Below, piece after piece: positions 56,689 through 64,000 of a stretch of 64,000 bases of DNA. The stretch covers positions 1-64,000 of the forward strand of contig JAYTSD010000020.1 of NCBI GenBank assembly GCA_043745805.1. Direction: 5' to 3'. A program made the position numbers and the translations under genes. Within the stretch, counting starts at the first letter, position 1. Every line of letters starts with the position of its first letter. The notes beneath the pieces were generated by a model. That model saw only the letters and a list, made by a program, of their open reading frames with translations, was not told the origin of the DNA and made no database searches. Source of the DNA: Fibrobacteria bacterium. GTDB lineage: Bacteria > Fibrobacterota > Fibrobacteria > UBA11236.

Positions 56689-57666
56689 TTAATGATCCCA
56701 GAGTTCGGGATTCTCTCTATCGGCATAAAGGTTTTTTGCCATGTCTGCCCACTTTTCCACAGCAGCAATTTTCACTTCGGGATCGACTTTATTTTGCGCA
56801 ATTTTATCGGATTTTACTTTATCTAAAGCCCCTAAAAAGGCTTGGCATGGCGGTAAATTATTCAGCCGTAAATTAAGGGCAATGACAAGATAGAGAATTT
56901 GAAATTCCATATCGGAATTTTGAAATTCACTGCGCTTATAACTTTCTTCAAAATACTTGGCAGCCAAAGGAATATATTCATCATCCTTACGCTTGTCTTC
57001 GCGTAAGAGCATGGCAATTTTTAAAGTAGCCATACCACTTTTAAACCATGCCATAGGGCTTTCAAAGGCAGCTTCAATTTGCGCTCGATGCAAAGCTAAG
57101 CGATAGCTCATAATAGCATTTTCAATGGGACGAGGATATTTAAAATAGGCGGTAAGGTCAGTAACCTTGTCCAGCATAGCTTTTCTTTCCTCCGTTTTCT
57201 TTTTTAAATCGTCCAGTACATAATTAGAAAGTTGGCTTTTGGTTTCGGCATTGGTTTGTGGGGCATGGGTGATAAAATCTTTTTTATCCGGCGAAGCGAA
57301 AAGACATTTGGGACAAACCGTAACGGCAATGGTACTATAATTAATAGTGCGAAAACCATTAATACCTTGATAACGCGGTGTCATGAATCGATCATGGGTG
57401 ATGTTTTGGCATTTGCTTTTGAGTTCATAGCAAAATAATCCCTCTTCACTACAAACCGGACATTTGACTCGAATTTGAAAAGTGGGATCATCTTTGTCAC
57501 TGGCCACTTCATATATCGCAGGTTTTTTCAACAAATTTTTAATTTCTTGCACATGATTCATATCTATAACCAAGCCATAGACTTTGATATATTGATTGAT
57601 CATTTTTTCATCTTTATTGAAGTGAATCTCCAATTTTTTGCGAATTAACTTTTCATCTAATGCCAT
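56689..57666 (-). CDS. DUF2225-like protein (Zn ribbon plus helical repeats)
   Basis: CPVC...CPKCLFAS; AIMSYRLAL; AGGAG RBS. Confidence 0.75.
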   Translation of the reverse strand: MALDEKLIRKKLEIHFNKDEKMINQYIKVYGLVIDMNHVQEIKNLLKKPAIYEVASDKDDPTFQIRVKCPVCSEEGLFCYELKSKCQNITHDRFMTPRYQGINGFRTINYSTIAVTVCPKCLFASPDKKDFITHAPQTNAETKSQLSNYVLDDLKKKTEERKAMLDKVTDLTAYFKYPRPIENAIMSYRLALHRAQIEAAFESPMAWFKSGMATLKIAMLLREDKRKDDEYIPLAAKYFEESYKRSEFQNSDMEFQILYLVIALNLRLNNLPPCQAFLGALDKVKSDKIAQNKVDPEVKIAAVEKWADMAKNLYADRENPELWDH

Positions 57667-57751
57667 ATTTTTCTCCTTTTGCCTCTTCTATTGAATTCGC
57701 AAGGGTTGCCCTAGAACCTATGAAAATGAAATTAGATTTAAGGACTTAGCC

Positions 57752-58819
57752 ATGATTCAGACTTTATTATCACATCTGGCGGAAAATTTTTCAATTTTCA
57801 AAAAAAAAGGCCAAGTTATAAATACTTTAAACTTCGCTTTAACTTTTGCTTTAAGGTTGGCTTGCCCCTTCTACTACTTAGGTTTTAAGACGCATCAATA
57901 TTGGCTTTCATCACGAAAAGCTGTGCCTATCCCCTGCATTATACCTTGCTTTGTGGTAGGAGGATTGCGAGCAGGTGGTTCCGGTAAAACAAGTGTGACC
58001 TTGGAAATAGCGCAGCAATTAAAAGCGGAAGGTTTGCGCGTGCTGATTTTGGCTTATGCTATTAAGCAAAATAAACTAGGAAATTTATGGAGTGAAATTC
58101 AAGAAAATACCTCATGGGAAACATGTTCCGAAGAAGCCCTTTTATTAAAGCAGAAAAGTGGGGTAACCGTTTATGTTACACGTCATCGCGCTAAGGTTTG
58201 GGAGACACTGCAAAGGCTTGCGGAAGCAGGGGAAAAACTATTTGATGTTATAGTCTGTGACGATGGCTTGCAAGATCCGCGTCTTAATCAAGCTTTTCGT
58301 ATTCTTTTACAAAGACCGCAAGAAAAGCCCAACTTGTGGAATTTATTGCCCGCAGGATCATATCGCCAATTAATTACCGATGGACAAAAAGCGGATTTAT
58401 GTTTGCAGGGACCAAATCCTTTTTCCAAGGACATTTCTCTGGATTTAAATTTCTCTCGATCCTTAATTTTTCCAATAGAGTTTGATTTTGCGCAGACCTG
58501 GTGTGCCTTATGCGGCTTGGGTAATATTGAGGCTTTTGTGGAGGATTTAAAACTGGCTGGAGTAAAGTTGCAAGGCATTTTGCGCAATAAAAACCATGGT
58601 CCATTTTCTTATGCTCAAATTATTCAAGCACAAAAACAATTCCCGCATGTTAAATGGTTATGCACAGAAAAAGATGCGATAAAATTGCAGGACTTTTTTA
58701 AAAAGGGTTTAAACTGCGTAGTAATTGGCCAAAAAATTCATTTGCCGGAAAAACTTTTGCCCATATTAAACAAGAGACTTGCTAAACCATGGGCAAAGGA
58801 CTCGATTTTGGTACATTGA
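57752..58819 (+). CDS. lpxK: Tetraacyldisaccharide 4'-kinase
   Basis: VGGLRAGGSGKT, EEALLL, CDDGLQD, LLPAG, CGLGN, TEKDAIK. Confidence 0.88.
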   Translation: MIQTLLSHLAENFSIFKKKGQVINTLNFALTFALRLACPFYYLGFKTHQYWLSSRKAVPIPCIIPCFVVGGLRAGGSGKTSVTLEIAQQLKAEGLRVLILAYAIKQNKLGNLWSEIQENTSWETCSEEALLLKQKSGVTVYVTRHRAKVWETLQRLAEAGEKLFDVIVCDDGLQDPRLNQAFRILLQRPQEKPNLWNLLPAGSYRQLITDGQKADLCLQGPNPFSKDISLDLNFSRSLIFPIEFDFAQTWCALCGLGNIEAFVEDLKLAGVKLQGILRNKNHGPFSYAQIIQAQKQFPHVKWLCTEKDAIKLQDFFKKGLNCVVIGQKIHLPEKLLPILNKRLAKPWAKDSILVH

Positions 58820-58823
58820 TGCC

Positions 58824-61202
58824 ATGATTATGCATAAAAACCCGACTCACATTCCTTCTCGCTCATTTTACACGATCTCATTTATATTGCGTTTTTCCTT
58901 AGTCATTATATTTGCGCTGCAATTTTCCCAAGCTTATGTGGGTCGCTGGCATAGTTATACCAATTTCAATTCGGTGACTTGTTTGCAAGAGTATAATGGA
59001 ATGCTATTTGCCGGATCCTTGGGCGGAATACGAAAAATCAATCCACAGACGGGCGCGGAAACCGATTATAATAATTTGGATGGTTTAGTCGATGTGCATA
59101 TCGTTAGCCTAACGGTTACCCCTGATCATCAATTGTGGGCAGGTTCTTTTGATGGTTTGCTATACCGCTTCGAAGGAGATCGATTTATCGCTTTTGGTAA
59201 AAGCTATCGCTCCACGGGTTGGAAATTAAACAAAAGAGCTATGGTCAGCGGAGGTCATTATATTGCGGTGGGTTCGGTAAAAGGATTAAGTTTTTTTGAT
59301 ACACGCACGCATGTGGCCGAAGCAGCATTAGAAAAGTTTGCTAAGATAGGGGCTGATTCGGTTAAATCCCTTTTGAAAAAAGGCGATACGCTTTTTGTGG
59401 GTTTAAGTAAAGGTGTTTTTAAGGCTGCCGTGGATTGGGATAATATTCAATCGAATAAATACGGAAGCATTATTGATCCTGCCATTTGGATTCCGGTGGA
59501 TTTTGTGGATTCTACCGATAAGGCTCGTTACAAAAAAGTTACCGTAACTCAAAAGTTATCGACGGTTTCGCCTCTTTTTAAAATATCCCATTTGACCTTA
59601 TTAGCTGCGGATAGTACCCAAAAGGATTCTGCAAAAGATTCACTACCTAAAGTAAAGATCGATACCATTCCTTTTACCGGATTTAATTTTCTGCGTTTGG
59701 TTGAAAATAAAATAGAAGCTTATGATGATGGCATGATTTTGAGTGAGCCTTATTTTGTAAAAGCGATCAATAGAAAGCCATTCATAGCGAATGATAAACA
59801 ATATGTCGACGTGAAGTTTTTTTCTTCGGCGATTTTTATTGGTGAGGATTTGTTTTTAGGAAGTGATTGGGGAATTTGGAAATACGCCAAGCAAGATTTT
59901 GCGGCAGAGTACCATCCTAATTCAAATTACCCTAATTCTTTAATTGCAAATATAGCTGCCAATGAAAATACGGCGGTGGGTATGTCGGGATCGGGTAGCA
60001 ATGTGAATTTTGCTTACACATTAAAAAATAATAATTGGGACCCTATTCTAAATTCAATATTTGGCCCTTCGGTGGAAGTGCTTATGAATCAAATGAAAGA
60101 AGTAAAATTAGCGGATAATGGAGATGTTTATTTTGGTACTTGGGGCTACGGCCTATTTCAAATAAGGGACGGAAAATCCAAAATATGGACGCCCAAAAAT
60201 TCATGCATGGTAAGTGTAATACCAAGTAATGATAGTTTTGGAGTAGTTTATAGCATTAGCAAAATTCGTAAAGGGAATTTGTGGACCGCGCAAATGCATG
60301 GTGTGGGGACTTTGCAATTCGATGTGAACCATTTAGACATCGAAACCGGCAAGCTCAGTTGCTTTGAAAATATGGGAAGCAGTAAGGCTGTGCATTCCGT
60401 GCAAATGTTAACGGATACGATACTTGCTATTGCAGGAAATGGGGGGTTGGATTTGTATAAATACGAAGTACAAAATCATCGTCCCCAACTTAGTCCTTCA
60501 GTACATGTTCAGGTTGAAGGGGCAAGCGATGAAGCTTGGGATGTACGCGCGGATCGCTTTGGGAGAGTTTGGGTATTGGTTAATGATCAATTGGCTTATA
60601 CGGATAGTCTCGCATTGCCTAATCCCAAAACTAGCTTGAAGCTAAAGTACTTGCTTAGCGCAAAGGGAGATGCGTTTAAAGGCCATGCTTGCACGGTAAT
60701 GGATGAGGACACGCATCAAAATTTTTGGATGGGCTGCGATAATGGACTTTATTTTATTGAGCCGGCCCTACAGCCAGAGCTTTCGCGCATTGAAAGTTAT
60801 AATATGGATAATGGCTTATTAGATAATTTGATTTTTGATTTAGCGGTGTCCAAAAAAAATGGCCAAGTTTGGGTCACCACAAAAAATGGGGTAAATATGT
60901 TTGAAGGCCCTGCTCGACCCTTAGCACCCAATTTACAGCAGGTGCAAGTTTATCCCAATCCTTTTCGTGCAAAGCATCAATTAGTGGTTTTCGATAATTT
61001 GGCAAAAGGATCTTCCATTCGAATTTTTACCCAAAGCGGTAATACGGTTCGATACTTTCCAGCCTCACAAATTTTGGGCAATCAATTTCAATGGGATGGC
61101 AATAATGCCAATGGGGAACGTGTAAAACCAGGTGTATATCTTTATGGGATAGAAGCTAATACTGGAACGACACAAGGAAAATTAATTGTAGCTAGAGATT
61201 AA
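58824..61202 (+). CDS. PorZ-like beta-propeller protein with C-terminal Ig/CTD
   Basis: W.SY start of the mature protein; propeller repeats; NGLLDNLIFDLAV..NGQVWV; VYPNPFR...WDG.NANG..V.PGVY. Confidence 0.75.
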   Translation: MIMHKNPTHIPSRSFYTISFILRFSLVIIFALQFSQAYVGRWHSYTNFNSVTCLQEYNGMLFAGSLGGIRKINPQTGAETDYNNLDGLVDVHIVSLTVTPDHQLWAGSFDGLLYRFEGDRFIAFGKSYRSTGWKLNKRAMVSGGHYIAVGSVKGLSFFDTRTHVAEAALEKFAKIGADSVKSLLKKGDTLFVGLSKGVFKAAVDWDNIQSNKYGSIIDPAIWIPVDFVDSTDKARYKKVTVTQKLSTVSPLFKISHLTLLAADSTQKDSAKDSLPKVKIDTIPFTGFNFLRLVENKIEAYDDGMILSEPYFVKAINRKPFIANDKQYVDVKFFSSAIFIGEDLFLGSDWGIWKYAKQDFAAEYHPNSNYPNSLIANIAANENTAVGMSGSGSNVNFAYTLKNNNWDPILNSIFGPSVEVLMNQMKEVKLADNGDVYFGTWGYGLFQIRDGKSKIWTPKNSCMVSVIPSNDSFGVVYSISKIRKGNLWTAQMHGVGTLQFDVNHLDIETGKLSCFENMGSSKAVHSVQMLTDTILAIAGNGGLDLYKYEVQNHRPQLSPSVHVQVEGASDEAWDVRADRFGRVWVLVNDQLAYTDSLALPNPKTSLKLKYLLSAKGDAFKGHACTVMDEDTHQNFWMGCDNGLYFIEPALQPELSRIESYNMDNGLLDNLIFDLAVSKKNGQVWVTTKNGVNMFEGPARPLAPNLQQVQVYPNPFRAKHQLVVFDNLAKGSSIRIFTQSGNTVRYFPASQILGNQFQWDGNNANGERVKPGVYLYGIEANTGTTQGKLIVARD

Positions 61203-61217
61203 ATTAAAAGGCATTAA

Positions 61218-62483
61218 TTGCAAAAAAGAAAACTCGCACTGGATGCACTGACCTATACAGGTGCCATAGCGCTTTCTCGTATTCCCGCTTTTTTATTTCT
61301 TCCCATTTTTGCAGCGTTTTTAACACCCTTGCAAATGGGTCAATATATAAGCGCTTGGCTATGTATTGATTTATTGCAAACCCTAGCTGGATTAGGAATG
61401 GTGCAGGCTTTGAGTCGTTTCTTTCCTTTAGCCCAAAACTCTCTTCATCGCAAAGAAATATTTTCGACAGCGTTTTTTACCTCGGCAACAGGTGGTATAG
61501 GGCTTTCGCTTTTAGCAGGTATATTCTTTTGCATCCCGTCTCTTCGCCAACTGTGGAATTTTCTTCCAACCATCAATAACTTACAAGTTACCTTAATTTT
61601 ATTAGCGGTAAACCTTACCAGCACGACTTCTTTTTTATTGGTCTATTTGAGAGCAGAACAAAAAGCCTTGGCTTTTTTATGTGCTTTGCTCGGAAGCACG
61701 GCGATAGAAGTTTTAGGCACTTTTTCGTTACTGCATTTTCACCATGTGCATTTGTCCGGAATATTAAGTGTGGAATGTATACGCTTAGCGAGTTTAGCTA
61801 TTGTTCTGCTGTTTCTCGCAAAGCAAGATTTAGCATTGGTTTTTTCCAAACCACAATGGAAAAGTATGTTTCATTATGGCATTTATTTGGTTCCTGCGGG
61901 TTTATTTGTATGGGTGCTTTTTTCCATCGATCGCTTTTGGTTGGGACAATTAGCGGGCCTGGAACAAGTAGGTGTTTATGGTTTTTTCTACAAATTTGTA
62001 ATGCCGATTAATTTGATATTCCAGGGCTATATCATGAGTTTGGATTCTCAGCTTTTCAAATTAAATATTTCCGAAGGCGAAGTTTTAGTATGTAAAGCGC
62101 TGAAGCAATATTTGATCAAAGCAGGAATATTGATCATTTTGGTATCTCTTATGTTACCTTCCGCTTTAAAAATAGGTTTATACTTTTACCCAAAAATTCC
62201 GCAGATTTATTTTCAAAACCTAACTCTATTCCCCATTTTCATGGCGACCGCCTATATTTATTATTGGGGTGTGCATTATGCCTCTTTATTGGATTTAAGG
62301 CTACGTAGCCGTCGCCAATTAGTATTGATGGGGCTTTCAGCACTCTTAAATTTTATTTTATGCTTCGTGCTTATTCACTTTGGACCGAGTTTTGGTCTTT
62401 CAGTTCTAATGGCGGCAGCCTTATCAAATTTAATTTCGGCGAGTTTTTTTACTCTCATGCAATGGCATTATAGCGGAACTTAA
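61218..62483 (+). CDS. Polysaccharide flippase (Wzx/MOP family)
   Basis: Many TM helices; P...LTP.Q.G.Y, IDRFWL...G.EQVGVYG. Confidence 0.8.
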   Translation: MQKRKLALDALTYTGAIALSRIPAFLFLPIFAAFLTPLQMGQYISAWLCIDLLQTLAGLGMVQALSRFFPLAQNSLHRKEIFSTAFFTSATGGIGLSLLAGIFFCIPSLRQLWNFLPTINNLQVTLILLAVNLTSTTSFLLVYLRAEQKALAFLCALLGSTAIEVLGTFSLLHFHHVHLSGILSVECIRLASLAIVLLFLAKQDLALVFSKPQWKSMFHYGIYLVPAGLFVWVLFSIDRFWLGQLAGLEQVGVYGFFYKFVMPINLIFQGYIMSLDSQLFKLNISEGEVLVCKALKQYLIKAGILIILVSLMLPSALKIGLYFYPKIPQIYFQNLTLFPIFMATAYIYYWGVHYASLLDLRLRSRRQLVLMGLSALLNFILCFVLIHFGPSFGLSVLMAAALSNLISASFFTLMQWHYSGT

Positions 62484-62485
62484 GT

Positions 62486-62510
62486 GGTCACTTCGACAGG
62501 CTCAGTGACC
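62486..62510. repeat. CTTCGACAGGCTCAG-type REP-like palindrome between convergent genes
   Basis: GGTCAC-TTCGACAGGCTCA-GTGACC. Confidence 0.7.
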
Positions 62511-62516
62511 GAATGC

Positions 62517-63494
62517 TTAAAGCATTTTTCGAAAAGTGCTTCTTAAAAAACCTTTGGCATTAAATTTTTCTTTGAACTCAACGAGAGAATAAGAAGGAGT
62601 CATAGGATTTTCATGCGAGGGATTTTGCGATACGCCAATATCGACATAAGTATGCCCGTTTTCCATAGACCATTTGGTGACTTCATGCATAGCCAAGAAT
62701 ATAGGGCGATATTTTTCATATTCATATAAAAGCATATTGTAAAATATGATGGTAGCTTGTTTGTTACAGGAAAAAATTAAAGAAGCCGCGACTGGTTTTT
62801 CTTGATAGCGAACTACGAATAACTTGATAGCTTCGGGAAAGAGCTCTTGTAGGGTACAAAGCTCTTCTAAAGTATGCGTGGGTGTGGCATTATGCTTCTT
62901 TTTATTTTCCAAAAGAATAGGGTAAACATCCGCATAATCTTTTAAATCTTTGCTGATTTCAATCGTTAAATTTTCATCTTGCAAACAACGGCGAACATAA
63001 CGCGCGCTGCGTTCATTGAAATCTTCCAAGAAATGTTCATTGTTATTGGGATCAATGACATGCGATATAAAATGCTTTTCATATTCAAAGCCTTTGTAAA
63101 CCAAGGCATAATCCATATCTTGCACGAGGCGATTTTGATATATCAACGGAGCGGGAGTCAGTAATATTTGTTTAAAGCCTTTTCCTTGAGCGTATGCTAA
63201 TAACCCATCGATTATCGCCTCATTCTTTTTATAAGGAATAAGCTTTAAAACGAAACCGCCATAGCTAGCGCCCATAGGTGAAACTAAAGTTTGATCTTTA
63301 TCTTTAAGCGCTGCTGGCAAAACAGCAATTAATTCTTGATTGTCATAAAACATCAAGTGGTGAAATGCAAAGCGACCCTCTGGATGATAAGCCAAAAATT
63401 TTTGCTTATGGAAAATGGTTCCATTATTGGATTCGCTTACAAAATTATCCCACTCTTCCATTTGCGAGGGATTATAGAGATGAATGCGTATCAT
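62517..63494 (-). CDS. GNAT / FemAB-like acyltransferase
   Basis: WDNFV.ESNNGTIFH, SYGG, PTHTLEEL, DIGVS, FKEKF. Confidence 0.8.
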   Translation of the reverse strand: MIRIHLYNPSQMEEWDNFVSESNNGTIFHKQKFLAYHPEGRFAFHHLMFYDNQELIAVLPAALKDKDQTLVSPMGASYGGFVLKLIPYKKNEAIIDGLLAYAQGKGFKQILLTPAPLIYQNRLVQDMDYALVYKGFEYEKHFISHVIDPNNNEHFLEDFNERSARYVRRCLQDENLTIEISKDLKDYADVYPILLENKKKHNATPTHTLEELCTLQELFPEAIKLFVVRYQEKPVAASLIFSCNKQATIIFYNMLLYEYEKYRPIFLAMHEVTKWSMENGHTYVDIGVSQNPSHENPMTPSYSLVEFKEKFNAKGFLRSTFRKML

Positions 63495-63663
63495 TTAAAG
63501 TTAAAGGAAAAATCCATTCAGAATTTTACACCTTATTAACTCCAGATTCCTTATACTTTTAAAAGGAAGGGATAATTTGTTCATAGGCCAGCAAAATAAG
63601 AAACTGGCGCAAAATTAACAATGCAAAACGCTGCATTTTGTACCTTATCCCATAGAGAATATT

Positions 63664-64000
63664 ATGCAAGAAATACCAAAAATAATTGTTGTGGGTGCTG
63701 GCAGCATGGGTCAAAATCATGTGCGACTCTTATCGCATTCGCGTTTATGTGCTTTAACGGGAATTGTCGAAGCGCAAGAAAAAACACGGTTGGCTTTGGC
63801 TAAAGCGTATAATGTTCCCGGCTATGCAACGGTTGAAGAAGCCTTAGCACAGGTGGAGTTTGTGGCAGCTATTGTGGCTACGCCGAGCGAAACGCATTAT
63901 GCTATTGCAAAAAAATTATTAAATGCGGGTAAGCATATATTAGTAGAAAAGCCTATTACGCCGGAGCCGGAACAAGGTTATGCTTTGCTGGAACTCAGCC
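63664..64000 (+). CDS. Gfo/Idh/MocA oxidoreductase, 3'-partial (not in the ORF track)
   Basis: ATG at 63664: MQEIPKIIVVGAGSMGQNHVR...VATPSETH...GKHILVEKP. Confidence 0.9.
   Translation, partial: MQEIPKIIVVGAGSMGQNHVRLLSHSRLCALTGIVEAQEKTRLALAKAYNVPGYATVEEALAQVEFVAAIVATPSETHYAIAKKLLNAGKHILVEKPITPEPEQGYALLELS

Noticed and set aside
53709-56768. 1019-aa start for the PorV fusion and 58779 start for the PorZ-like gene
   Set aside because: Both extensions overlap the upstream genes; signal peptides begin near 56681 and 58824
63621-63803. 60-aa Cys-rich ORF
   Set aside because: Out-of-frame overlap with the Gfo/Idh/MocA gene starting at 63664

Overview
Bacterial chromosomal window, AT-rich. It is probably from a Fibrobacterota/FCB-type organism; this is inferred from PorV/PorZ-like genes, several secreted proteins with T9SS-like C-terminal domains, and outer-membrane barrels resembling Fibrobacter hypotheticals. 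Left to right it contains: the 3' end of an IS3 element whose transposase has lost its catalytic Glu; a RelE/ParE toxin-antitoxin pair; moaC-mobA; a candidate ~100-nt structured RNA; an arginine succinyltransferase operon (M20 hydrolase-astC-astA-astD-astB, no astE); several small accessory genes; and the conserved rimP-nusA-infB-rbfA-truB-ribF-rpsO-pnp-M16 cluster. An accessory envelope region follows (about 25.7-44.2 kb). It holds three paralogous OM beta-barrels next to a secreted DUF1080 protein, an LRR protein, a complete sigma54 module (three enhancer-like sites, -24/-12 promoter, exported coiled-coil protein, OM protein, histidine kinase, NtrC-type activator), pdxA, and three paralogous secreted proteins built from a 4-Cys repeat with protease-inhibitor-like loops. 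The right end carries ettA, a small basic HTH protein with a structured leader, punA-ileS-dksA, PilZ, cobQ, a PorV/TPR/pseudo-metallophosphatase/propeller fusion, DUF2225, lpxK, a PorZ-like gene, a flippase, a GNAT and a truncated Gfo/Idh/MocA gene. No rRNA, tRNA or CRISPR array was seen. All family assignments are by eye from motifs; no database searches were run.
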